A stretch of 63,591 bases of DNA, filler included, from Malassezia furfur (Eukaryota): NCBI GenBank assembly GCA_052055015.1. It is 20 parts of 20 records of this genome, joined end to end, with 100 filler letters (N's around TTAATTAATTAA, not from the genome) between each part and the next. Parts side by side here need not be neighbours in the genome. Positions count along the whole stretch, not along the records: positions 9,768 to 12,902 come from JBQJIT010000803.1; positions 13,003 to 16,134 come from JBQJIT010000804.1; positions 16,235 to 19,361 come from JBQJIT010000805.1; positions 19,462 to 22,566 come from JBQJIT010000807.1; 16 more parts are not named here. One strand, given 5' to 3'. The notes under the pieces are model-generated. The model searched no databases and was not told the origin of the DNA. It saw only the letters and a program-made list of their open reading frames with translations. Every line of letters starts with the position of its first letter. Within the stretch, counting starts at the first letter, position 1. A program made the translations under genes and the position numbers. Positions 9,770 to 21,228 of this stretch are shown in pieces.

Positions 9770-12700
9770 CGCAGCGGCAACTCGGACGACGGTGGCGACG
9801 ATGCCGCGCCGCCGAGCGAGCGGGGCACGTCGTCGTCGTCGCTCGTGTCCCGCAACACGGTCCCCGCTGTATACCCCCAGGTGCTTGCGCTGCCGATCAC
9901 GCGGCGCCCGCTGTTCCCCGGCTTCTACAAGGCGGTGGTGATCAAGAACCCGCAGGTGTGTGCGGCCATCAAGGAGGCCATGAAGCGCGGGCAGCCGTAC
10001 GTCGGTGCGTTTTTGCTGAAGGACGAGGAGGAGGACTCGGACGTGATCACGAGCCTCGACCGCGTGCACAAGGTGGGTGTCTTTGCGCAGATCACGAGCA
10101 TCTTCCCCGCGCAGTCCGGCGGCAAGGACGCCAAGGGCGAGGAGGAGGGCATCACCGCGGTGCTGTACCCCCACCGGCGCATCCGCATCGACGAGCTGAT
10201 TACGCCGATGCCCGAGGGCGCTGGCCACGCGGCGGTGCGTGTGGCGGACGCCGAGGCGCCTGCACGTGGCGCGCCCTCGATTGAGCACGAGCAGGCGGTC
10301 GTCGACGAGGTGGGTGTGCGCGGCAGCAAGCCGGACGCTGCGCCGGGCAGCAACGCGACGACGAACGCCGAGGCGCCGAGCGAGGAGCGCGTCGCCGAGA
10401 AGCTCGACACCGAGGTCGGTGCGGACCGCGGCACGACGCGCGTCACGGACAAGGCGGCGGCGGACAAGACGTACCGCGAGTCGCCGGACGTGCCCCACCC
10501 CAGTGCGGCGGAGGACCGTGTGGCGGACGATGTGTCGCTCGGCGACCATCGGCCCGTGGACCGGGACGTGGTGGCGGACGACGTGGCGGTGGAGCGCCCC
10601 GGTGCGATGCCGTCGCACAGTGTGCCGTTCCAGACGTCGTTCCTGCACAACTACGAGGTGTCGCTGGTGAACGTGAGCAACCTGGAGATGGAGCCGTACG
10701 ACAAGAAGCCGAACCAGTACATCCGCGCGGTGATGTCGGAGCTGATCAGTGTGTTCAAGGACATTGCGAACCTGAACCCGCTGTTCCGCGACCAGATTGC
10801 CAACTTTAGCATCTCGCAGGGAGCGGGCAACGTGTTTGAGGAGCCCGAGAAGCTCGCCGACTTTGCGGCGGCGGTGTCGAGCAGCGAGGTGGACGAGCTG
10901 CAGGGTGTGCTGCAGTCGATGAACGTCGAGGACCGCCTGCAGAAGGCGCTGCTTGTGCTCAAAAAGGAGCTGATGAACGCGCAGCTCCAGTCGAAGATCA
11001 GCAAGGACGTCGAGAGCAAGATCCAGAAGCGCCAGCGCGAGTACTACCTCATGGAGCAGCTCAAGGGCATCAAGAAGGAGCTTGGCCTCGAGAGCGACGG
11101 CAAGGACAAGATGGTGGAGAAGTTCAAGGAGAAGGCGAGCCAGTTGCGCATGCCCGAGGCGGTGCGCAAGGTGTTTGACGAGGAGCTGAACAAGCTGCAG
11201 ACGCTCGAGCCGGCCGCGAGCGAGTTCAACGTGACGCGCGGCTACCTCGACTGGCTGACGCACATCCCGTGGGGCGTGCACTCGCCGGAGAACTATGCGA
11301 TCAAGCACGCGACGCAGGTGCTCGACGAGGACCACTACGGGCTGAACGACGTCAAGGACCGCATCCTCGAGTTCCTCGCGATCGGCAAGCTGCGCGGCAC
11401 GGTGCAGGGCAAGATTCTGTGCCTGGTCGGCCCGCCGGGCGTCGGCAAGACGTCGATCGGCAAGTCGATTGCGCGCGCGCTCGACCGCCAGTTCTTCCGG
11501 TTCAGCGTGGGCGGCCTGAGCGACGTCGCGGAGATCAAGGGGCACCGGCGCACGTACGTCGGTGCGATGCCCGGCAAGGCGATCCAGGCGCTCAAAAAGG
11601 TCGGCACCGAGAACCCGCTGATCCTGATCGACGAGGTGGACAAGGTGGGCCGCGGGTACAATGGCGACCCGAGCTCGGCGCTGCTCGAGATGCTCGACCC
11701 CGAGCAGAATGCGTCATTCATGGACCACTACCTCGACGTGCCCGTCGACCTGAGCCGCGTGCTGTTTGTGTGCACGGCGAACACGCTCGAGACGATCCCG
11801 CAGCCGCTGCTCGACCGCATGGAGGTGATCGAGGTCTCGTCGTACACCGCGGAGGAGAAGCGGTACATTGCGCGCGACTACCTCGCGCCGCAGGCCAAGG
11901 AGGCGAGCGGGCTGCAGGACGCCGACATCGTGCTGCCCGACGCGTCGATCGACTTCCTGATCAAAAAGTACGCGCGCGAGAGCGGCGTGCGTGGGCTGCG
12001 CAAGCTGCTCGAAAAGGTGTACCGCAAGGTGGCGTTCGACATCGTCAAGGAGCACGGCGAGGAGGTGTTCCCCGAGCCGCCCGCCGAGGGCGCGCAGCGT
12101 GCGTCGCCCGCCGAGGACGCGTTTGCGCCCGCGGACGACGCGCACGTCAAGGTCACGACGCAGCCGCGCGCGCCGATGGCCGTGCCCAAGTCGGTGCACA
12201 TCGAGCTGACGCCCGCGCTGCTGCAGCGCTACCTCGGCCCGCCCGTGTACCAGCAGGACCGCCTGTACACGGACACGATGCCCGCGGGCGTCGCGCTCGG
12301 GCTCGGCTACCTCGGCAACGGCGCGGGGAGCCTCATGCCCGTCGAGACGACGCTCATGCCCGGCAAGGGCCGCCTGCAGCTCACGGGCAAGCTGGGCGAG
12401 GTGATCAAGGAGAGCGCGTCGATTGCGCTCTCGTGGATCAAGACGAACGCGCACGAGCTCGGCCTGACCTCGGACGCGGGCGAGTCGCTCCTCGAGCACC
12501 GCGACGTGCACGTGCACATGCCCGAGGGCGCCGTCGGCAAGGAGGGGCCGTCGGCCGGCGTGGCGTTCTGCACGAGCCTCATCAGCCTGCTGACGGGCCG
12601 CGCGCTGCCGACGACGCTCGCCATGACCGGCGAGGTGTCGCTGCACGGCATGGTGATGCCCGTCGGCGGGCTCAAGGAAAAGCTGCTCGCGGCGCACCGC

Positions 12701-12902
12701 GCCAACGTGCGCACGGTGCTGCTCCCCGCCGCGAACCGCCCGAGCGTCGAGGCGGACGTGCCCAAGAGCGTGCTGGACGACCTCGAGGTGCACTACGTCA
12801 CGAACGTGTGGTCTGCGCTGCAGATCGCGCTCGGCGACGGCCCGTGGAGCGCGCGTGCGGCCGCGGCGCCCGCGGCGCCCGCGTCCGACGACGCGGTGCC
12901 CG
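9770..12902 (+). CDS. PIM1: Mitochondrial Lon protease Pim1, both ends truncated
   Basis: '[15 protein letters not shown]', Walker A 'GPPGVGKTS', 'LIDEVDK', '[15 protein letters not shown]', catalytic Ser 'GPSAG', Lys 'VGGLKEK'. Confidence 0.96.
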
Positions 12903-13002
12903 NNNNNNNNNNNNNNNNNNNNNNNNNNNNNNNNNNNNNNNNNNNNTTAATTAATTAANNNNNNNNNNNNNNNNNNNNNNNNNNNNNNNNNNNNNNNNNN
13001 NN

Positions 13003-14496
13003 CCCAGCGGGCCGGGGCTCCGTGGCCCGTCGTGCAGGTGCAGCGCATGGTGGAGCTGCTCGTGCAGCGCCTGCGGCACCGCGACGCTCTGGCGCGCGCC
13101 GTCGTCAGACACGCGGCGCGGCGACGTCGACGAAGACGTATGGGGCGACGCCTGCACGCCGCGCGGCGTCGCCGCCCCCGGCTCGCTCACGAGGCCGGGC
13201 ACGTTGGCGTGCGGCACGAGTTTGGAGCGCGGGTGGAGGAGCGGCGCCTCGACCGCAAAGTAGGCGTGCAGCAGACAGTCGCTCGGCACGACCCGCGCCG
13301 CGGGGTCGTAGCGCAACATGCTGAACACGAGATGCACCAGCTTGCGCGACACGTGTGCGGGAAAGAGCGGCGCAAACGGCGGCGCATCCGTGTCGGGGAA
13401 ACGAAAACCGAGCGGCGCAGCGAGCGCCGCCGCGTCGCTCCACGGCCCGCCGCCGCGGAAGAGCGAGCCGGCGTCGTCGTGTGCCGAGGCGCGCAGCGGA
13501 TTGCCGAGCAGCGCGGCAATGCGCAGCACCTGGTCCATCTCGCTCGCGCCCGGGAACAGCGGCTCGAGCATGACGAGCTCGGCGGCGATCGTGCCGAGCG
13601 CCCACACGTCGACGGCAGGCGAGTAGTATGGCGAATGCAGCAGGATCTCGGGGGCGCGGTACCATCGCGTGGACACGTACTCGGTGTACGGCGGGGCGCT
13701 GGTAATCTCGCGCGCGAGCCCAAAGTCGGCAATCTTGACCACCACGAGCACGTCCTGCTCGACGGGCGCGTGTGCGTCGCCCGTGGGCGCCGCGGGGTAG
13801 TCGGCGAGCCCCGTCGTGGTGATGAGCAGGTTCTCGGGCTTGAGGTCGCGGTGGAAGAAGCCGTGGGAGTGCACATGGTGCAGGCCCTCGAGCACCTGGT
13901 GCAAAATGGAGGCGACCAGTCCCTGCGCCAAAGGTCGGCCCCGGCGTGTCTTGGTGAGCTGGTACAAATTGCCCTCCATGCACTCAAACACAATGTGCAA
14001 CTCGTGGGTCTGTGGCGGGAGGAATACATCGTAGAGGGGGATGATATGTTCGTGAGGGGGGATCAACAAAAGAGACTGCGTCAGCGGCCGCACGTACGCG
14101 TAGTTCGTTCAGTTTAATACAGTCTTCCCACGCGGCAAACGGCTTCTTCATGCGCTTGATCGCGACGAGCCGCTTGCCCGCATACGCGGGGCGCGTGAGA
14201 CTGTGCTGCATCGCCGGCACCATGGCGCCGCTCGGCAGCGGACTTTGCCAGTCCGCGACGTAGACGGTGCCGAACGAGCCAGTGCCGAGGCTTTTGATAA
14301 TGGTATAGTCGCGCGGCTCGCGAAAGTGTCTTTTGTGGTCTAGGTTTGCGTCCAGCAGGTCGGTCACGCGGCGCGAGTCGGCAGTGTGCGGTGCCAGCGG
14401 CTCCGAGAGCCCACTGAGCACCTTGAACGACTCGCGCGCACCGGCAGGAAGATGCATCTCGGAAGAAGACCCGCCATATAAGGGCGGGGTGGCCAT
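13003..14496 (-). CDS. Ime2/Crk1 (MAK/ICK-like) protein kinase, 3' truncated; 22-nt intron at 14076-14097
   Basis: 'LGTGSFGTV', 'VAIKRMKK...KLNELR|SLLLIPPHEHII', 'HRDLKPEN', 'DFGLARE', activation loop 'PYTEYVSTRWYRAPE'. The intron joins two ORFs in different frames. Confidence 0.88.
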
Positions 14497-14837
14497 ATGC
14501 GTCCAGGACGCACCGCGAAGAATGCGTCCGCCGTGTGCCTAGGTGTCAAATGCACCGATTCGAACACGGCAAATGACACCTACACTGGGCGCATAGGTCC
14601 CCACCTGAAAAAAGTTCCGGGCAGCGCCGCGGGGCTGGGTGCGGTTTCGGCCTCACCGAAGCGAGACAAAACGCGCCGCGCCCATCACGAGATCCAGCCA
14701 ATCTACGTGCGAATCTGCCACATAACACGTGGCCTAGCCCTGTTCGCCTGACGCCTGCATCGCCACGCGTTTGCCTGATTCGCCCGGGCCTCCTGGGCCT
14801 CCGCACTTGACCAGCGAAATGACGCAGGTTGCATAAT

Positions 14838-16134
14838 CTACAGCGTCTAGATGCAAGTGTTAGCCATCGGACCTGGCAGCGGTGTGCAAACCTACCCTGT
14901 GAATGCAGTCGGGGTCTTCCTGGTAGTCCTCCGCAGAGACCCACAGCTGCGCGCGGTCAGTCGCGTGCGGCTCCGACATACCTTGCGAAAGGTGCTCAGC
15001 CCCGCAAAAATGCTCCCGCCGATCCACGTCGAGTACTTGCGCTCTGGCGGCGCCGAGATCTTGATCTTGAGATCGGGCGGGGCAAGCCGTTTCGTCTCGT
15101 GCAGCAGCCGATCGCCGTAGCCTGTGGAGGGTCAGCCGCGCGTGCTTGCTTACCTTTGGTGAGCGTCGTGCCGCCGCTCAGTACAATGTTTCCGTAGAGT
15201 CCACGCCTTAAGTCCATGTCTGCGCGCGCAATGGCGTCCGCAAGGATCTGGTGCGCGCCGACGTCCTCAAGCCCCACCAGCTCCGGGCGGAAGAGCACCT
15301 CGGGCGCCCGGAAGCGCTCCGCGCCGAGCTTGATCACGTTGCCGTCCGGCAGCGCAAACTCGACGGGCCGCTTGGCGTCGTGGTCGTCGTGCCCTGGGAG
15401 TGCGAGTTGGCACCGCTGCTCCTTGATGGCGCGCACAATTTCGCGCTCCGCCGAGGTGTGCAGGTAGTACCCCGCGCGGCGCAGGAGCGTCTGCAGGTGC
15501 TGCGCGACGTCGCGCCCCGCGACGTCGATGCGCTGGATCGCATGCGGCATCGCAAAGCCCTCGTAGACAGGTACGGCGTGCGTTACGCCGTCGCCCGAGT
15601 CGAGCACGACGCCGGTGGTGCGCCCCGACGCGTACAAGCTGAGAATCGCCTGGATGCTCACGTACATGGCCGGCACGTTGAACGTCTCAAAGAAGATCTG
15701 TGCGGCCTGCTCGCGGTTCGCGCGCGGGTTGAGAGGCGCCTCGGTGAGGAGCACGGGGTGCTCCTCGCTGAGGGTCTTGAGCTCGTCGGCATACATGTGG
15801 CTCCAGATGCGCTCCATGTCTGCCCAGTCGGTCACGATGCCGTGCTCCATCGGGTACCGGATTTTCAGCAGGCCCCGCAGCTCCTGTGCAGAGCGCCCGA
15901 TGAACCGGTCGCCCTCGGCGGCGCCGGCCATGGCGCGCACATGCTTGGGCCGTCCGACGCTGGGTGAGCATGCGCGGGGAAGCGGGCGACGTACAAGTTC
16001 GGGAAGAAGCACTTGGGCGTGTCCTGTCCCGCGAAGCCCGCCTTGATGGTGCCCGAGCCCTGTGGTGAGCGGTGCGGCAGCGTACATTGTCGATCACCAC
16101 CGGCTGGTTCGTCAGCACGTCCGCATACTCGGAC
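14838..16134 (-). CDS. ARP1: Dynactin actin-related protein Arp1 (centractin); introns at 16060-16085 (26 nt), 15960-15994 (35), 15122-15153 (32), 14947-14981 (35) and probably 14847-14895 (49); ATG clipped by the contig edge
   Basis: Spliced: '(M)[51 protein letters not shown]...[13 protein letters not shown]...TLTKG|YGDRLL...[24 protein letters not shown]'. Without the last intron the stop is at 14860. Confidence 0.92.
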
Positions 16135-16439
16135 NNNNNNNNNNNNNNNNNNNNNNNNNNNNNNNNNNNNNNNNNNNNTTAATTAATTAANNNNNNNNNN
16201 NNNNNNNNNNNNNNNNNNNNNNNNNNNNNNNNNNGCAGGCGCCGGCGAGGCGGGCGCCGCAGTGGGCGCCGGCGCAGCGGTCGGCTTCGTGGGCGTCTGC
16301 CCTTTGCGCCGCCACCACGGCCCGCGCTTCTGCGGCGTGCCTTCGTTGGCCATGTACTTGGTGTGCACCTTTTTGCCCTTGCGCTTTTCGGCGCCGCGCA
16401 CGTCGACCTCGACGTCGGCCACCGCGAAGCACGCGCGGC

Positions 16440-16738
16440 GCACGGGCCCGCCCGGCTTTGAGCCGACGCAGCCCGGCAAGTACTGTCTGGCCGGCACGGT
16501 GTCCTTGCCGACGCTCAACATTGCGCGCACGCCCGAGCAGCGTGCGCGCAACGAGACGGGCCTGCCCGAGACCGAGCCGGCGCTGATCCAGTCGCTGCTG
16601 GCTGCGCCGTCGAGCTCGACGGTGCGTGCGCGCGCGGGCATCATCAAGACGCTGCCGTTTACCGAAGACGTTGTGCCGCCGCTCGGCCAGGTGCTGGTGG
16701 CCGAGGAGCGCAAGATCCTTGTGCGACCCGTGATGTAG
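16440..16738 (+). CDS. C-terminal fragment of an unidentified protein; the 5' part of the contig looks inverted
   Basis: Normal codon and amino-acid usage on + from about 16440 ('KYCLAGTVSLPTLNIARTPEQRARNETGLP...VVPPLGQVLVAEERKILVRPVM*'). Start boundary is approximate. Confidence 0.55.
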
Positions 16739-16787
16739 TTTCCGTACGTGAATCGTGAGAAGGGCCTGGTGTGTGTAGGTGTGTACG

Positions 16788-18840
16788 CTATGGGGCGCCG
16801 CTGCGCGCGGCGAGCTTCTTGAGGAGCTCCTCGGCGACGAGCGACAGGTCGGTGCCTGCGTCCATGACCTTTTGCAGGTACGCCTGCGCCAGCGCGAGGT
16901 CGCCGCGCGGCGCGGGCGCAGGCGCAGGCGGCACGCCTGCGCGCGCCGCGCGCTGCTCGGCGCGCGAGTGGAAGAGCTTGCCGTGCAGCTCGCCCATCTC
17001 GTAGCGCGCGGCCACCACGAACGAGAAGGCGTACCGTGCGACGAGCGCCGGGTCGAGCTGCGCGGCGTTCTTGTCGATGACCTGCGCAAGCAGGCCGTGG
17101 AAGAGGGTCGCGTGCACTGTGTCGCCCTCGCGCTCGTACAGGTCGACGATGCGCGCGATGGCGTCCACCGACTCGGCCTCGGTCAGGGGGCACGTGAGGT
17201 GCCGCTTGAAGCAGGCGATCGCGTCGGTGGTGCGTCCCAGGCGCTCGTAGCACACGCCGAGCGACGCCCACATGCGTGCGTCGTACGGGCGGATCGCGGC
17301 GCATTTCTGGTAGTAGTGGATCGCGTAGGACCATGCCTCGTTCAGCTCGTACACCTGGCCGAGGCCGTGCCACGGGCGGTAGTCCTGCGGGTTGATCTCG
17401 AGCGCGCGGCGGTACATTTCCGCGGCGGCGTGGCTGTTTTTCAGCTCGAGGTACTCGTGCCCGAGCAGGATCCACGCCGCGACGTACTCGCTGTCGAGGC
17501 GCAGCGCGCGCTTGAACGACTCGATCGCACGGAAGTGGTCGCTGCGCTGGTTGTAGTAGTTGCCGATCAGGCAGCACACCTCGGGGCGGTCCTTGCCGAG
17601 GCGCGCAAACTGCTGCACGAGCTGCGCGAGCGCCTCGGCGTGGTCGAGCACGTACAGAGTATTCGAGTACTCGCTCACGCCCTCGAGGCGGTACGGATCG
17701 CGCGCGAGCGCCTCCTGAAAGGTCTCGGCGGCCTCCTCGAGCTCCTGCAGCAGGTAGAGCGTCTGCGCACGGCACGTCAGCAAGTACGTCGAGCCGGGGA
17801 AGTGCGTGAGGAGCGCGTCGATCCGGTCGAGGTTCGCGGCGTCGGCCTGCGTCGCCTGGCGCGTCGCGTACTCGAGGAAGAAGGCGGACATGAACGAGTC
17901 GGGGAGCAAGTCGAGGATCTGCTCGCGCTCGTTGTTCGCGTTGTTCAGCGTGCGGCTCAGCTCCTGCCAGGCGCTCCAGTTGTACGGAAAGGCACGCACG
18001 CTCATCAGCAGGCAGTCCATCGCCTCGACGCGCTTGTGCAGCCGCGAAAACAACACACCCTTCAGGAACAGGAGGAAGGCGTCCGTCGGATCAACGAGGT
18101 GCGCGAGCAGCGGCACGAGCGACGGGTCCTGCGCGCCCTGGGCGTACGGCAGCGGCGCCAGTGCGCCCTCCTCGTCGAGCTCGCGCTGGAACACGAGGAA
18201 GCGGGCGTACAGCTGGAGGAAGCGCCCCTTGTCGGACAGCTGCGGCTCCTTCTCGAGGAGCCACGCACACCGGTCGTACTCGCGCTGGTCGAAGCACGAC
18301 TTCGCAAGCGCATACGTCTCGGCGTCTTCGCCGCCGTCCGGCGCGGGCGCAAACGGCGCGGGCGTCGCCGCAGGCGCGGGCGTCGCGGCGTCGAGGTGCA
18401 CATGCACGGGCGGCGCACGCTCGGGCGACGACATCGACGTGAGCGGCGCGGCGTCGTGCGCACGCGCGCCGCCCGGCACCGGCGACTCGTGCGTCGCGGT
18501 GTGCCAGGGCCATGCGGACCCGTCCGAGGCGCTGCGGCTCGTGCTGGCATGTTGGTCCCATGCGGGCGAGCCGAGGTTCAGGGCGGGCGTCGAGTGCGTC
18601 GGGAACCGCATGGGCTCAGCGCCCTTGGGCGTCGCGCGCGTGTCGGCTGCCCCCGGTCCGGGTCGGGGCAGCGCGTGGAGCAGCTCGAGGGCCCTGCGTG
18701 TGAGCGGGCGCGCAAACGTACCAGTGGGAGGCCGAGGTGAGCCCGCGGTCCACGAGCTGTGTCGCGGCGCCGCGCAGCGCCGCGCGTGCGGTGCTCGGCG
18801 CGAGGTCCGCGGCGGACTCGAGCGCCGCGCAGCCGCTCAT
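16788..18840 (-). CDS. CDC23: APC/C TPR subunit Cdc23/Apc8; 28-nt intron at 18694-18721
   Basis: Spliced N-terminus 'LRGAATQLVDRGLTSASHW|ALELL', 'LAKSCFDQREYDRCA', 'DPYRLE', 'RPEVCCLIGNYY', 'AWILLGHEYLELKNSHAA', 'DYRPWHGLGQVYE'. Confidence 0.94.
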
Positions 18841-18887
18841 CCTTCGACGCGTCGAAGAAGCCACGTGGCGTGTCGTTCGACGCGAGG
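18841..18887. promoter_or_regulatory. 47-bp bidirectional promoter between CDC23 and RDH54 with an MCB-containing palindrome and an E-box
   Basis: Perfect palindrome CTTCGACGCGTCGAAG at 18842-18857 (ACGCGT core) and CACGTG at 18862-18867. Confidence 0.6.
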
Positions 18888-19361
18888 ATGGCGTACGCAT
18901 CGGAGGCCGCGCACGCGAAGCTCCGCGCGCAGTTCCACACGCCGCTCAAGCGCAAGGCGGATGCGGATGCGGCGCCGGCGCGCGCTGCGCCGCTCGTCCC
19001 GCTCGCGCACGAGCCGAGCTTTTTGTGCCAGTGGCGCGCGCCGCAGATGCGCAAGCACAAGACGTGGCAGGGCGACGCGATCCTCGTGCTGCACACGAAC
19101 CGCACGACGTGCTCGCTGCGCTCCGTGCACGACGGCAAGATGCTGGTGACGAATGCCGCGTTCCGGCGGCAGGACGCGCGCGAGGGCGACGAGCTGTACG
19201 TCGGCGGCAAGGAGATTCTCATCGAGAAGGCGCTCGACGCGTCCGCGGCCGAGGACGCGTCCGCGGAGGACGCGCCGCCGCCCAGCAGCGCGCCGCCGCC
19301 TGTGCGCCGTGCACGCACGGGCGCGATCCCTGCGGCGCAGTTCTACGCGTCGCCTGCGAAG
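18888..19361 (+). CDS. RDH54: Rdh54/RAD54B-like translocase, N-terminal domain only, 3' truncated
   Basis: 'FLCQWRAPQMRKHKTWQGDAILV...GDELYVGGKEILIE' matches the RAD54B/Rdh54 N-terminal motif. Confidence 0.75.
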
Positions 19362-19461
19362 NNNNNNNNNNNNNNNNNNNNNNNNNNNNNNNNNNNNNNN
19401 NNNNNTTAATTAATTAANNNNNNNNNNNNNNNNNNNNNNNNNNNNNNNNNNNNNNNNNNNN

Positions 19462-21124
19462 ACCACCTGCGTCATCTGGCGGAGGTGGGCGTCGTCGGCG
19501 ACGTGCACGGCCGGCGCCGCACGTGCCGCGCGCCCGTTCTCCTTGTCGTGCGTGGGCTGCAGCGAGAGCTGCCCGAGCTTCTGCGAGAGCGCCGCGGCGC
19601 CGCCCGCGGGGGGCGCAGGCACCGGCGCCTTGACCAGCGGCTGGCGGCCGACCTTGAGCAGCGTCGAGATCGGGCTGCCGGGGTGGATCGCCTGCTGGAA
19701 CTCGCGGTCGATCCGGTCGCGGTTCTCCTCGACGGCCTCGAGCACGCGCAGCTCGTCGCGCGTCGACTTGGCGGGCACCTGCGGCGGCTCCTCCTCGACG
19801 ATCGACTGCCAGTCGGCGGCCTTCTTGAGCTGCTCAAAGTTGCGCAGCGACTCGGTGTGCGTCAGGGTGGGGATGTACGGCTGCTGGTACACGGCGTCGC
19901 TCGGGACGTGCATCGGCACGGTGCCCACGCGGAACCACGGGTGGTCCATGATCTCGGCAAGCGAGGGGCGCTCGGCTGGGGTCAGTGGAAGAGGCACGTA
20001 CATGGACGCTGCGACAGAATCTGGCGGATGAGCTGCTGCGCCTCGGGCGACAGGTTCGCCTCGGGCGGGATCTCGTACTCGTTGCGGCGGATGCGGTCGT
20101 AGATCTTCTGCACGTTGCTCGTCTGGAACGGCGGGCGGCCGACGAGCAGCGTGTACAGAATCACGCCGACGGACCACACGTCGACCTCGAACGAGTGGCC
20201 CTCGCCCTGGTCGTAGAGGATCTCGGGTGCGATGTAGTTCGGCGTGCCACACACCGTCTTCTTGCGCTCCTCGGGGTACTTGAGCAGCGCCGCAAGCCCA
20301 AAGTCGCCAATCTTGACCTGCATGTTTTTGTCGAGGAACACGTTGCCGAGCTTGAGGTCGCGGTGGATGATCGAGTTGTTGTGCATGTGCTGCACGCCCG
20401 CAAGGATCTGGATCATAAAGTAGCGCGCCTCGGACTCGAGGTAGCGCCCACGCCGCTTGACAATGTCGTTCATGTTGCCGTTGTGGCACAGCTCGAGCGC
20501 AAAGTAGACGTTCTCGGCGTCCTCAAACACGTCCTCAAACTGCACAATGTGGACGTGCTTCAGCGAGCGATGGATCATGATCTCCGCAAGAATCTTCTGC
20601 CGATTCTTCTTCGACTGCATGATGGCGCTCTTGGCAATCACCTTGAACGCCTTGTCCTGGCCGTGCCGGTCGGTGACGTGGAACACACGCGCAAAGCCGC
20701 CCTGGCCCAGCATCGCATGCCGCTCGTACTCGTTCCCCGCGGGGTCGACGATCGTGCGCGGCGGCGTGGGCAGCTGCGGCTTCTTGCTCGTGTGCGACAC
20801 CGTCTCCTTGGTCACGGGCGGCGCCGGCGCCTCGGTGGTGCGCTTCGGCGACGGCGGCTGCTGCGCGGCAGGCACAATGTTGCCGACGCCCGCGAGCGGG
20901 GCAAACTGGCGCCGCTGCCCGGTGCGCAGGTGCGCCTGGGCGGCATGCGCCGCCTCGGCATGCATCATATTCTCCGACACCTTGTAGGGGTCGGCGTCCT
21001 GCGAGGTATGGCGCTGAACGGGGACCGACTCTTGCGCTGAGATCGACTGCAGTACGGCGCGGCGTGGCGCAGAGGGCAGCGCCAACGACGGATCCAATCC
21101 GTACCGAGGGACGTCCGAGGACAT
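19462..21124 (-). CDS. CDC5: Polo-like kinase Cdc5, 3' truncated before the polo boxes; 26-nt intron at 19976-20001
   Basis: 'LGQGGFARVF', 'KILAEIMIHRSL', 'HRDLKLGNVFL', 'DFGLAA...ERKKTVCGTPNYIAPE', 'GHSFEVDVWS'. Spliced 'QRPS|ERPSL'. Confidence 0.93.
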
Positions 21125-21228
21125 CGCAATCCACACACACACCGAAGCGGAAGCAGCCGGCGTGTGTATTTCTCGCTGCACACAACCAACACTAAACTCT
21201 CGCCGCGTGCGCCGCGCGTGGCGCGTGG

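Noticed and set aside
12530..12560. Lon active-site variant GKEGPSAG instead of PKDGPSAG
   Set aside because: The catalytic Ser-Lys dyad is intact, and I recall this variant in other basidiomycete Pim1 proteins.
13984..14496. Apparent frameshifts or pseudogenes in IME2-like, CDC5, CDC10, TSC10, ARP1, ARP4 and Rab5
   Set aside because: Each break coincides with a GT...branch...AG micro-intron whose removal restores the conserved protein, so neither pseudogenisation nor programmed frameshifting is needed.
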